This document shows positions 10,015-19,700 of a DNA stretch of 64,000 nt, piece after piece. Position 1 is the stretch's first letter. The number at the start of each line of letters is the position of its first letter. Location: IMG/VR virus record IMGVR_UViG_3300034158_000023, positions 124,001 through 188,000 of that record; one strand, written 5' to 3'. The notes under the pieces were generated by a model. It was not told the DNA's origin, made no database searches, and saw only the letters and a list, made by a program, of their open reading frames with translations. The translations under genes were made by a program, and so were the position numbers.

Positions 10015-10036
10015 TGGGAGGGCTAACGCCCTCCCA
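10015..10036 (+). terminator. Hairpin terminator after chmC
   Basis: TGGGAGGGC-TAAC-GCCCTCCCA. No classical U-tract; followed by TCTATGTCG. Confidence 0.6.
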
Positions 10037-10057
10037 TCTATGTCGATCGAAATAAAA

Positions 10058-10076
10058 GTAGACATATATTATCCTA
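10058..10076 (+). promoter_or_regulatory. Putative early promoter, GTAGACATATATTATCCTA
   Basis: TATATTAT core close to the phiKZ early TATATTAC. The 19-mer is identical to 58951-58969. Confidence 0.65.
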
Positions 10077-10106
10077 GTAGCGTAACCACAATAAAAGGTA
10101 ACAACA

Positions 10107-11804
10107 ATGGAAATAATTGCTGGTGAGGTAATTGCTGGGAATAAAAAGTCTGTGCGTGTACGACACCAAGGTAACACTATAGACTTCGTAACTGTTAACC
10201 TAACCATCCCGGATCCACGGGAAGATTTCACAGCAGTCGTTGGTGCTATTAATGCTTTCTGGGGAACCCTACCCCTAGAATCGCAAAACAAACTCTTTGA
10301 GCTTTATCAAGAAGCGCATGAGATCATGGAATACGTAGGGGAGCATTTAATCCTACATGAACAGTTATCTAAAGTAAGTTGTGCCATAGTTGACTTCTAT
10401 ACGTACGAGTCTGTGCATTATTACATGCTTAAGAATCGACCTGTACATATCCCAGACGACTTAAAAATGTTCTATGATGAATTAAGCCCTGATAATTCAA
10501 GGACTTATTTACTAGATGATTATTTACATCTGGTAACATTCTCCGTTATTCTGAAATCCATGATTCCTATCTGGGGTGAATACATCCAGATTATTGCAAA
10601 CTCAGTGGGTAGTGAGTTTAAGGAATCACGTGCAGCTGCAATGATTAAATCATCTGCACTGATGCGCAGTAGTCCAGCTAAACGTTTAGAGCGTTATGTA
10701 GAAGCGTATGCTGATACAGATACTTTAAATCTACCTGCTGTGTTAGGTAACATGTCCAGTGTGGATTTCCCAGACTATCTGAGAACTCTAACTATTGTAC
10801 GTCGTTTAGCTACATGTAGACTTCCAGGTAATGCCGCATGTCCGAGTGATGCCCCTACGCATTTAATCCGTGACATCTACGGTTTCCTGAAAAGTAAAGT
10901 AAATAATGCCGATACTTTGTTCACTAAAAGTACTGTGCGTGATAAGTCCCCTGAAAGTGGTGACCGTAGTGGTGGGGATGAAGATAACACTTCTAAGATT
11001 GAATTAATAAAACTAAGGGAGGAAGTAGACAAAGGTGCTGTAGAAAGATATCGGTTAGATGCATTAAACGCTGAATGGTTATATCATCGCATTGACCATA
11101 CTGCGCCGTTAGACTTATTACAGTTGTGCCAAACTGAGATAAGTTCTAAGTTGCATTTAGCAAGTGATGCTTTTCGTATCTGGATAGTACGAAGAGTTAT
11201 ATGTGGTTTCCGTGTTATGAACCCACATCCTGATATCCGCTTAGATTTACTGGAACATGGATTAGCTACTGCGTTTGGCGATACCATGATTAAAAGTAAA
11301 ATCTTTGGTGCAATAGTTACGGATTATTTAGAACTACCTGAACGTATAAGTTTGATGGCTGTTACTCAAGCCTTACTGTTTCATTGGGGGTACCCTGACA
11401 TAGCTGCGTTGATAAGTTCAACTAGAACTGTCCAACCAGTTGGCTCATTCATGAGTGTACAAGTAGCACCAATCGACGGTAAGTTAGTTGAGTTATGTTT
11501 CGAGACTTATCCTTACTTAGCTTTATCTCCAGCAGCTAAAGTTGAATACGGTAAGTTACAAATCGAAGCGCAACGGAGTCAAAAAGGTCAGTCACAGTTC
11601 TATAGGCTTAAAGTGGCTAATAACCCTTTAATCACTAACGTGAATGCCTATGTCTTAGACTTAAATAAATACACTTGGGTATTACACGTACCTCAACAAT
11701 TAAGGTCTAGAATTAATTTCCGTAAGCAAGAAAATAAATGGGTAATACCAGAAGATCTAAAAAATCAATTGGTATCATTAGTACTAAAATCTAAAAGAGG
11801 TTAA
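10107..11804 (+). CDS. nvRNAP promoter-specificity (sigma-like) subunit (phiKZ gp68-like)
   Basis: 565-aa helical protein with a KSMIPIWGEYI segment. Located between ChmC and PicA. Confidence 0.65.
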   Translation: MEIIAGEVIAGNKKSVRVRHQGNTIDFVTVNLTIPDPREDFTAVVGAINAFWGTLPLESQNKLFELYQEAHEIMEYVGEHLILHEQLSKVSCAIVDFYTYESVHYYMLKNRPVHIPDDLKMFYDELSPDNSRTYLLDDYLHLVTFSVILKSMIPIWGEYIQIIANSVGSEFKESRAAAMIKSSALMRSSPAKRLERYVEAYADTDTLNLPAVLGNMSSVDFPDYLRTLTIVRRLATCRLPGNAACPSDAPTHLIRDIYGFLKSKVNNADTLFTKSTVRDKSPESGDRSGGDEDNTSKIELIKLREEVDKGAVERYRLDALNAEWLYHRIDHTAPLDLLQLCQTEISSKLHLASDAFRIWIVRRVICGFRVMNPHPDIRLDLLEHGLATAFGDTMIKSKIFGAIVTDYLELPERISLMAVTQALLFHWGYPDIAALISSTRTVQPVGSFMSVQVAPIDGKLVELCFETYPYLALSPAAKVEYGKLQIEAQRSQKGQSQFYRLKVANNPLITNVNAYVLDLNKYTWVLHVPQQLRSRINFRKQENKWVIPEDLKNQLVSLVLKSKRG

Positions 11805-11806
11805 CG

Positions 11807-13417
11807 ATGGTAGGTTCTAACGCGCCGATTCAAGTGGTGAAGATGGAATTGTTCCAAGCTGGAACATACAACCCACAATACAGACGGCCGATAGTGATGA
11901 ATGTTAATTTGTCTGACTGTAGCGCTTTCTCTGAAGCGACACAGAACGGTACACAATTCACACCTGGTCGTATAAGTAAAATTGTTAACAACATTGTTGG
12001 TATCTCTGCTACACCTGAACGCAATGCTCACACAACTGATGGTTCTGTACCCATCGTCAACGAATGGAGTAACGAACGTTGCCGCTTTACATTAGAGTTA
12101 TTGGAAACCCTTACAGCTACATCAAGGACTAGACATTTCTACATTGGTTATACTGATGCGGTAGGTTTTAGTCAGCAAGGTACTCGCGATGCTCTAATCG
12201 ACAGACGTATGCAGTTCTACGTCAATGCGGTAGTGTCAGTGATTGAGACTGATGTGTGGCAATCAGGTGCATTAACTACTATTACTCGTGTAAGTAGAAG
12301 TGATACGTACCTGACAGGCCAATGGGCACCTAATGTGCACATAGGGTTTAACGATTACTCTTGTCGCCCGCAAGAAGTAGTTGACCACATGCGAGCAGGT
12401 GTGATTATCAACCAAGCTGGCATACAAGCTCCAATCAACAACACTGGTGCAACTTTCTCTACAATGAAAGTTAAAACCTCGTTAGCGGCTAACTCAAGAC
12501 CTACTCAGTACCTGACGAATATTTTAGAGTGTTACACTAAAGCTTCGGCAGAACAGGAAGGGGGGTATCTCGACGAGCAGGTGCTATTCGAAAATGCTAG
12601 CGGTTATGGTACAGAGTCTCTGTTAAGCCATGAACCTCTGTTCCGTATTATCTCTATCGATCCAGTAATGCAATATGGCTTCTTTACGTTTGGTCAGTTA
12701 GAAGCTGGAGCGCCACACTTAGATAAAATTACCGATGTTCATCAATACGATGGTAGCGGTATGTTTGGTGCTGCGCAAGCTGGTACGACAGAGTTCATGC
12801 ATAATGCTACAATGGAGACACACATAACTTCAATGATTAACACGTCATTGCCAAGTTTGTTGATGGAGTCGTTGTTCCGTTCTATGCATATCCACGTTAG
12901 TAACAATAACGTCACAGCTACCCCGTTCTGTGAGTTAGTACCGCAACCTATATTACCAGGGGAAAACATGCCAAGACCGTCTTACACCACGTTATCTGCT
13001 AACATGGATGTAGGGTTCTGGTGGAGTCGATTCCGTCAAAGATTCTTAGACGAAGTCTTTAATGTGATTACTCAAAACAATATCAATATCGTTGATATGG
13101 TGATTAACATCAGTATCACAGGTGATATTTTAGTTTCATGTAGCGTGAATGGTTCACCTTTAACCGATTATCGAAATCCATGTTTCTGTAATCAGTTAAC
13201 TAGTTCACTAACTACAAACAACCCTGGTATGGTTGATGGCATTGCTAATGACATTTTCAGTCTAACCAACCACGCTGCCAATGTGTTAGGAGAAGCTATG
13301 ACTAACAGTCCATTTGCTCCAGCTAACCCATTTGAAGCACAAGCTGTACCTCTTTACACTCCGTCCAAACACGGTGCGCTAAGTGCCCCCGTTAAAACGT
13401 CCTCTCGTTGGGACTAA
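11807..13417 (+). CDS. picA: PicA/Imp1 nuclear protein-import factor (phiKZ gp69-like)
   Basis: 536 aa with an N-terminal GTYNPQYRRP segment typical of this family as I recall it. Follows the gp68-like gene. Confidence 0.7.
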   Translation: MVGSNAPIQVVKMELFQAGTYNPQYRRPIVMNVNLSDCSAFSEATQNGTQFTPGRISKIVNNIVGISATPERNAHTTDGSVPIVNEWSNERCRFTLELLETLTATSRTRHFYIGYTDAVGFSQQGTRDALIDRRMQFYVNAVVSVIETDVWQSGALTTITRVSRSDTYLTGQWAPNVHIGFNDYSCRPQEVVDHMRAGVIINQAGIQAPINNTGATFSTMKVKTSLAANSRPTQYLTNILECYTKASAEQEGGYLDEQVLFENASGYGTESLLSHEPLFRIISIDPVMQYGFFTFGQLEAGAPHLDKITDVHQYDGSGMFGAAQAGTTEFMHNATMETHITSMINTSLPSLLMESLFRSMHIHVSNNNVTATPFCELVPQPILPGENMPRPSYTTLSANMDVGFWWSRFRQRFLDEVFNVITQNNINIVDMVINISITGDILVSCSVNGSPLTDYRNPCFCNQLTSSLTTNNPGMVDGIANDIFSLTNHAANVLGEAMTNSPFAPANPFEAQAVPLYTPSKHGALSAPVKTSSRWD

Positions 13418-13433
13418 TAATAAAAGGTAAGTT

Positions 13434-15122
13434 ATGAACAATCCGAATGTAAATACATTATACACTGGCATCTTAACGGCGCTAGGTTATGAGGTGTTAC
13501 CCTCAGGTATGGTGATGGTTAAAACCGCTGATGCCCAACAGGTGTTACGCATAGATTCAAAAGCTGTGTATATTCCTACACAGGAAGTATTGAAAGACGC
13601 AGATTGGGATAACACTATTGTGTTCCATCCATGTGCTGAGAATGCGATTCGTAATGAATCTGTAATTCAACGCCGTCTGCGTACTTGGGTAAATACCAAT
13701 CTGTATTACAAGATACATTTTGCACTGAATCTGATTATGGAACTCAACGTAGATGTTGATAACCATAAGAACTTCAGTCCAGCCCAACGTGAGATGTTGA
13801 AAGTAATTGCTGAGACTGGCAATGTGACTAAGAAGCATCACAAGAAACTGGAAACTATTCTTAATAAGACAAGTGTAAATGGGGATACCCGTTTAATTAC
13901 TATCTTCATTAAGCGCAATGGGGTGCTGAATAACCAAGAGTATCGTCGTTGTGCTATGGTTAACTTCCCGTTCTTAGAGCCAGGTGATGGTGAAAAGAAA
14001 TCTATCTTTGGTGTTACTTTAACTAACCCAGAGTATAACATTTTGCGCTCGGTGTTTGAGTACGTCTTACCTAATTCATTTGGGGTAGACAATGCTTACA
14101 GTGCTGGTAGCTTAGATACAACTGCGCCTTCATTTGAAGCTTTGATGTTAGCATACGTTAACGTTACTGATCGTTTAAATGAAGTGTTCCGTTTGTTCTA
14201 CGATACTGGTCATGGTGCTGAAGACTTCATCAGTGACTTGAGTTGGGTAGAGTTACTAACCAGTGAAAACTTACTGCGCTTTAAGGCAGCGGTACCCGTT
14301 ACTCCAGGCAATGAAGGTGAAGCTATTACCACACGTACAGGAAACCCTGTAGGTAAAGGTAGTGTACAAACTGTAGCTCCAGTACCAGCAGCGGCGGCAC
14401 CATCGTGGCAGCAAGCTGTACCTAGTAGTGGAGTTCCAGCTCCAGTTGCTGCACCAGCTCCTACTGCTAGTGGTAAACAATCTTGGTCTGATATTAAGAA
14501 AGCTAACAACACCGGAGCACCAGCTGTAAATTTTCCGGTAGCGCCGGGGCCAGTTGGCTACGCTCCAGCGCCGCAACCCCAGTATCAGCCAACACCACAG
14601 TACGCACCGCAACCGCAGTATCAGGCCGCGCCAGCATTGCCGCAATACGCGCAGCCGCAAGCCCATATAACTCATCTGACAGTAAGAAGTGAGTTAAACG
14701 GGATATTAGAACTTGCTGATCCTGCTGGTAACATTGTTTCAATGCCTGTATGGGCATATGACCAAGCAATGGCACCGTTTAGAGCTCCACCGGGACAGCC
14801 ACCTGCGCATCCTGGATATGTTCCACCTGGTAGTAGTCCTGCTAGACAAGCTGTTGCGGCAGCGCGTGCAGCAGCAACATCCTATCAGTACGCATATCCA
14901 CAACCGCAGTACGGCGCACCAGTAGGTTATGCTGCACCACCTCCACAATACGGTGCACCGCAACCCCAGTATGGAGCTCCTCAATATGCTGTGGCTCCGC
15001 CTCAGTATGGAGCACCTGTACCACAATACGGTGCACCACCACCGCAGTATGGAGCTCCTGTGCCAGCTTATGGCGCACCTGCTCCACATTACCAACAACA
15101 CCCTGCCCACCAAAGACGATAA
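13434..15122 (+). CDS. Conserved protein downstream of PicA (phiKZ gp70-like) with long Pro/Gln/Tyr/Ala low-complexity tail
   Basis: Folded N-terminal ~290 aa followed by ~270 aa of low complexity with repeated PQYGAP. Synteny supports the assignment. Confidence 0.6.
   Translation: MNNPNVNTLYTGILTALGYEVLPSGMVMVKTADAQQVLRIDSKAVYIPTQEVLKDADWDNTIVFHPCAENAIRNESVIQRRLRTWVNTNLYYKIHFALNLIMELNVDVDNHKNFSPAQREMLKVIAETGNVTKKHHKKLETILNKTSVNGDTRLITIFIKRNGVLNNQEYRRCAMVNFPFLEPGDGEKKSIFGVTLTNPEYNILRSVFEYVLPNSFGVDNAYSAGSLDTTAPSFEALMLAYVNVTDRLNEVFRLFYDTGHGAEDFISDLSWVELLTSENLLRFKAAVPVTPGNEGEAITTRTGNPVGKGSVQTVAPVPAAAAPSWQQAVPSSGVPAPVAAPAPTASGKQSWSDIKKANNTGAPAVNFPVAPGPVGYAPAPQPQYQPTPQYAPQPQYQAAPALPQYAQPQAHITHLTVRSELNGILELADPAGNIVSMPVWAYDQAMAPFRAPPGQPPAHPGYVPPGSSPARQAVAAARAAATSYQYAYPQPQYGAPVGYAAPPPQYGAPQPQYGAPQYAVAPPQYGAPVPQYGAPPPQYGAPVPAYGAPAPHYQQHPAHQRR
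14890..15090 (+). repeat. Coding tandem repeats of (P)QYGAP(V/P/Q)
   Basis: Seven YGAP units in the last ~75 aa, with degenerate codons (cagtacggcgca, caatacggtgca, cagtatggagct). Confidence 0.85.
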
Positions 15123-15128
15123 GTCTTA

Positions 15129-15165
15129 GGGGCAAAAAGAGAGAGCTTCGGCTCTCTCTTTTTTT
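15129..15165. terminator. Bidirectional terminator
   Basis: AAAAAGAGAGAGC-TTCG-GCTCTCTCTTTTT between convergent genes. Minus strand continues TTTTTGCCC. Confidence 0.88.
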
Positions 15166-15490
15166 AGAATGTTTTACCGTATATCTCTAAGAGTACATCT
15201 TCGCTAGGTAACAATAGTCTAGTGAAATCACTATTAAAAGCTTGTGGGTTATCAATGCCATTTATAATCATAAACGCGACATGGTACTGAGGTGGTATCT
15301 GAATTACTTTAAATAGACTGAAGATATCATTTCTGTACTTAATTGTTTCTACTTCAGATAGATTTTTAATCTGAGTGTCAGGCCTATTTAAGATATAGTC
15401 TTTATGTGCTTTAATAGCTAACAACCATTTCTCCGTATAGAAGTTATCTGACCCTACGCTAGGTAGCTCTTTGGTTATGCTAAACGCCAT
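15164..15490 (-). CDS. Small conserved protein, possibly LysM-like/T4 gp53-type baseplate wedge component
   Basis: 108 aa with GAGG SD. KYRNDIFSLF...YHVAFMIINGIDNP resembles the gp53/gpX Y...W.I...N.I.DP pattern. Confidence 0.45.
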   Translation of the reverse strand: MAFSITKELPSVGSDNFYTEKWLLAIKAHKDYILNRPDTQIKNLSEVETIKYRNDIFSLFKVIQIPPQYHVAFMIINGIDNPQAFNSDFTRLLLPSEDVLLEIYGKTF

Positions 15491-15515
15491 TTTGGTATCC
15501 TCAATATAATCTAAG

Positions 15516-15526
15516 TATATATTATC
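15516..15526 (+). promoter_or_regulatory. Putative early promoter of nvRNAP beta operon
   Basis: TATATATTATC, followed by an ACAATAAAAGG leader and ATG at 15554. Confidence 0.55.
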
Positions 15527-15553
15527 ATTTAGTAAGTACTACAATAAAAGGAG

Positions 15554-17647
15554 ATGTCGGTGTCTTATATACAATATAAATACCCAGAACTTACGCAATG
15601 GGTATTGGATATAATAGCAAATTCACCTAACGAACACACCCCTGAAGTTCTAGGGTTAGCCACAGGATTAAATCAATACGCACATTGTAACAGCTCCCCA
15701 CGTATGGTTATGTTGGGATCACATCTATCACAAACACCAGTTATCTATGGTGCTGCTCCTAGACGTATTTATTCCGGTCTGGAAACTAAATACGGGGAAG
15801 GTACTTGGAAGCAGAAGTTAAATGAAGATGCGGTTATTAAGAAAGTAATTCCTAAATACCCAACTGCTGCCAACATGTTTAAATTAAACCCTAGCAGTTA
15901 TGTTATCTATCAAACTAAAGGACAATTAAAAACATTCAACCTGATGCAGTTAGATTTATATCACTCTACGCATCAGTCATTTGGTTATAAGAACGTAATG
16001 GTAAACCACCATCTATTACGGGAAAATCAACCAGTACTAAAAGACACAGTGTTCTCACAAAGTCCTAACATCCGTTTACATGCTGAGTGGGTAATCGGTA
16101 GAGACTTAGTGATTGCAAACATCTCTTTAGATGGGGTAATTGAAGATGGCGTGATTGTCTGTGATGATATCTTAGATGATCTAACCACAGTGCAAGTCGG
16201 TAAACGTAGTGCCTCTAGTGGTAAAGCTTATTACTTGTTAAACACGTATGGCACTAAAACGTTCTTTAAAGGTTTCCCTGATATAGGCGAGCATGTTAGA
16301 GAATGTGGTTTGTTGTTCGCTATGCGTAAGTTTGATTCTGATACAGCTGACATCGATATGGATATTGATAGCATGCAGTATGACGCTGTAGACACAGTAT
16401 TAGACAGATGTGTTTATGCAGTCGCTGGTGCTAAGATTACAGATATTCACATCATGCACTCTCATCTGTATAAAGGTAAGTCGATGAACTGTACTCCAGT
16501 TAACACTGAAGCGCAGATAGTTCGTTACTATGAAGCAGAAGGTAGAGCGTACAAAGCGTTGTTGGATACTGAAGCTGCTTTACGTCGTGAGTTTAAACAC
16601 ATCGAGTTAAGTCCTGGCTTAGAACGTTTGTGTGTAGAAGCTGAAGATTATCATTGGGCACCACATGCTGGGGCGTTAAAACGTACCTATCGTGCTACGC
16701 CGTTAGATGAATGGAATATAGACATCACGTTTGCGCATGACTATAAACCTAACATCGGCAGTAAAATCTCTGGATTACATGGGGATAAATCGGTTATCTG
16801 TGGTATCTGGCCAAGAGCTAACATGCCTACGGATGAATGGGGACGTTCCTCTGATCTCATATCAGCAGGCGGCACAACCATTAACCGGATGAACGTAGGG
16901 CGTTTGATTGAGCAGTATCTAGATGCAAGTGCATGGCATTTTGAAAGACACTTACGTGTATCTAAAGATCCAGAGCGTGACTTTTTAGAGTACTTAGCTT
17001 TAGCTAGTCCTATCTCATACAGCTGGTTGTTAGATTTACCTGAGGAGAAACTGAAAGAACAAGTTGCTCAAGCTCAAGAGTACTTGCGTTATTGTCTACC
17101 TCCTCACAGTCCTAACTTGAATGCCTTATTACCTTACGAGATGCAAAAGAGATTCCCTGTACCTAAGGGACATTTACGATACATCGATCCGCAAGGTAAG
17201 GTTAACATAACCGAAGACAAAATCATGTTGGGCTGTCAACACATAATCGTATCTGAAAAGAACGGTTATGATTGGGCGTCTGTAGCTGATGATGCTAAGT
17301 GTCAAATTTATGGCCCTCCTGCTAAGCTGTCTAATGCTGACAAATATAGTTCTCCTCGTAGACGTCAAACTACAAGGGGTTTAGGAGAAGCTGAATCTCG
17401 CAACCTTAACGCTGTTTGTGGGCCTGTGTTCGCTGCTCGTATCTTAGAGTATCAGAACAACCCGGATGCTGCTAGAGTGATGTCTAGGACGGTACTAACG
17501 CATCCTACACCTACTAACATTGATTGTATTATTAGCGATGCAATAGTGAAGCCTGGATTCTCTAGACCTTCTTTGTTAGCTAACCACATAATCAACGTAG
17601 CTGGTGTGCAGTACAGTACTCGGCGACCACGTAGTGTAGGAGTGTAA
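15554..17647 (+). CDS. nvRNAP beta C-terminal subunit (phiKZ gp71-73-like), uninterrupted
   Basis: IEDGVIV (beta region F/G) and GSKISGLHGDKSVI (GDK...RHGNKG equivalent). RMNVGRLIE and GLGEAE also match beta motifs. Confidence 0.9.
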   Translation: MSVSYIQYKYPELTQWVLDIIANSPNEHTPEVLGLATGLNQYAHCNSSPRMVMLGSHLSQTPVIYGAAPRRIYSGLETKYGEGTWKQKLNEDAVIKKVIPKYPTAANMFKLNPSSYVIYQTKGQLKTFNLMQLDLYHSTHQSFGYKNVMVNHHLLRENQPVLKDTVFSQSPNIRLHAEWVIGRDLVIANISLDGVIEDGVIVCDDILDDLTTVQVGKRSASSGKAYYLLNTYGTKTFFKGFPDIGEHVRECGLLFAMRKFDSDTADIDMDIDSMQYDAVDTVLDRCVYAVAGAKITDIHIMHSHLYKGKSMNCTPVNTEAQIVRYYEAEGRAYKALLDTEAALRREFKHIELSPGLERLCVEAEDYHWAPHAGALKRTYRATPLDEWNIDITFAHDYKPNIGSKISGLHGDKSVICGIWPRANMPTDEWGRSSDLISAGGTTINRMNVGRLIEQYLDASAWHFERHLRVSKDPERDFLEYLALASPISYSWLLDLPEEKLKEQVAQAQEYLRYCLPPHSPNLNALLPYEMQKRFPVPKGHLRYIDPQGKVNITEDKIMLGCQHIIVSEKNGYDWASVADDAKCQIYGPPAKLSNADKYSSPRRRQTTRGLGEAESRNLNAVCGPVFAARILEYQNNPDAARVMSRTVLTHPTPTNIDCIISDAIVKPGFSRPSLLANHIINVAGVQYSTRRPRSVGV

Positions 17648-17650
17648 GAT

Positions 17651-19660
17651 ATGGAAGTATTGTTAGCCCGTGATGTCGCAAATATGTCCGAACATGACAT
17701 TTGGACTATATTACCACCTAGATTCATTATGCGGTTTGATGATGGAGATATGGTGGTAGATGATCGACGCACTCAAATGTGTTACTACCTGTGGTGGCCA
17801 CTACGAGATTATCCTGATACCAAGATCTATAAATACCATCACATGGGTGCTGCTGGTTGGACATCTAAGTCAGTTTTGGAACTGAACGATGCAATGTGGT
17901 GGGATTGTTTTGATCAACACGGTAAATCCATCAACCCTGAATTAGGGGCGATGCGTAGTAAGCAGGAGATTAACCGTTTACACAACAGCGTATCTGTTAA
18001 CTTAGGTGCGCATGTGGCCAGTTTAGATATTCTGGATTTTGCTGAAGTAATGATGCATCCAGAGATCAAAGCTATTAACGATCATCTGCAATCGTTAGAT
18101 CAAACGGATTTAAGTGTACTGGTAATGATGGATGTTGAGATTGCTAAAGCTCACGCTGAAGTAACTCGCATTATGATGACCTGTCCTACACTTAAAGACA
18201 ACCGATTAGTTTGTGCTGTGCGTGCTAAGACGTCAGACATAAACCCAGTGTTGCAGATTATCTGTTGTCGTGGTAAGCCTACAGACATCGATAGTACAGT
18301 TTTCACTACTGCTATCGTGCGTGGGTTAGGTCATGGGTTATTCTCTCTTTACGATGTGTTAGCGGAGTCTAGAACTGCTGCTAAGGCACTAGAGTTACAG
18401 AAAGATCCATTAGCTGATACTGAGTACTTTAACCGTCAGATGCAATTGATCTGTGCTACCTTAGCGCATTTAGATGCTTACTGGCAACGCAACGTGGAAG
18501 GTCCTTATGAACTCCACGATTGTGGCACCAAACGTTATATCACTTGGCAAGTAGATAAACAAAACTTCCAAGATTTAGTGGGTAGTTACCGCGTAGATGA
18601 AAACGATCAATTGCACGTTATCCGTAAGGATGATGTACATCTGATTGGTACAGTGATTCAAATACGTAATGGTTTAACTTGTGCACATAAAGAAGAGAAC
18701 CATATATGCGCCGCTTGTTATGGCGAGTTGGAATTCTCTTTACCTGCTGGAACCAACGTAGCACACTTTGCATGTATTGTACTGTGCGCTATTATCTCGC
18801 AGAAAGTGTTATCAGTTAAGCATAACGAAACCTCTGCAACTGTAGCTGGTGCCGAAGTCCCTAGAGAGTATAGAAGACAATTACGTGCGTTGGGTAACTC
18901 TTATGGGTTCTCATTGGACTTAGATTTAAGTACGTCATGCTTGGCGATTAACAAAGATGATGTGCCTAGATTAAGTGATATCTATGAGACTAAGAACATC
19001 CATGATCTCCCCCTACGCAAAATAGGGACTATGCAGGATGTCACCATCATATCGGAAATACCAGGGTTGGGACTAACGTCGTCGTACGTACCAGTACGCT
19101 CAGGAACTACAGGAAGTAGTTTCACTTATGAATTCTTAGAATACATAAAAGCTACTGGGTTTGAGGTTGAACGTGAGACAATCATAATCAACCTTAAAGA
19201 TTGGGATATCATGAAACCAGTGTGGGAAATGTCGCGTAAGCACGCTAACATGCTGGACTTTATGGAAGCTATTAAGAAACTAGTTAAAGTTAGTGATGAC
19301 GATAAAACTACTAAACTCACCATGGACTTGGATGAGGAAGGTAACGTCTCTTTAGCGTTAAGTGGTTTCTATGATTTAGTTAGATCTAAGTTCCCATTTA
19401 ACCTTTCTTTATTAGGGGTTATAATGCGGTCTACTCTAGTAGTAGATAAAGAGCTAGGTGATTATCGAATCCCATGTGGAGATCAGATTGGTCAATTCGA
19501 ACAATTTGGTAAGACCATGGAAAAACGTTCGTTAGGTGGTGGTCTAGCCAACGAACGACATGAGGGGATATTTGTTAACCCTGATTCGTATATACTAACT
19601 GAACGTGGTGGACATCCTTTAGACGAAACTATACAACCAACTATGTCTTATTTCCCTTAG
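17651..19660 (+). CDS. nvRNAP beta' C-terminal subunit (phiKZ gp74-like)
   Basis: SRTAAKAL...LADTEYFNR (bridge-helix equivalent). Zn ligands CGT...C...ICAACYG. ISQKVLSVKH matches the trigger loop. Confidence 0.88.
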   Translation: MEVLLARDVANMSEHDIWTILPPRFIMRFDDGDMVVDDRRTQMCYYLWWPLRDYPDTKIYKYHHMGAAGWTSKSVLELNDAMWWDCFDQHGKSINPELGAMRSKQEINRLHNSVSVNLGAHVASLDILDFAEVMMHPEIKAINDHLQSLDQTDLSVLVMMDVEIAKAHAEVTRIMMTCPTLKDNRLVCAVRAKTSDINPVLQIICCRGKPTDIDSTVFTTAIVRGLGHGLFSLYDVLAESRTAAKALELQKDPLADTEYFNRQMQLICATLAHLDAYWQRNVEGPYELHDCGTKRYITWQVDKQNFQDLVGSYRVDENDQLHVIRKDDVHLIGTVIQIRNGLTCAHKEENHICAACYGELEFSLPAGTNVAHFACIVLCAIISQKVLSVKHNETSATVAGAEVPREYRRQLRALGNSYGFSLDLDLSTSCLAINKDDVPRLSDIYETKNIHDLPLRKIGTMQDVTIISEIPGLGLTSSYVPVRSGTTGSSFTYEFLEYIKATGFEVERETIIINLKDWDIMKPVWEMSRKHANMLDFMEAIKKLVKVSDDDKTTKLTMDLDEEGNVSLALSGFYDLVRSKFPFNLSLLGVIMRSTLVVDKELGDYRIPCGDQIGQFEQFGKTMEKRSLGGGLANERHEGIFVNPDSYILTERGGHPLDETIQPTMSYFP

Positions 19661-19665
19661 TAGAA

Positions 19666-19683
19666 GTGGGGGTTCGCCCCCAC
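19666..19683 (+). other. GC-rich UUCG hairpin without U-tract between beta' and helicase genes
   Basis: GTGGGGG-TTCG-CCCCCAC. Confidence 0.6.
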
Positions 19684-19700
19684 CCTTACAGGAGACAAGA

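Noticed and set aside
14890-15090. Possible CRISPR-like or DNA-level repeat array
   Set aside because: The repeats are conserved at protein level with synonymous variation and have no spacer structure.
14503-15135. Several overlapping ORFs in all frames across the PQYGAP repeat
   Set aside because: The GC-rich repetitive codons simply lack stops in other frames.
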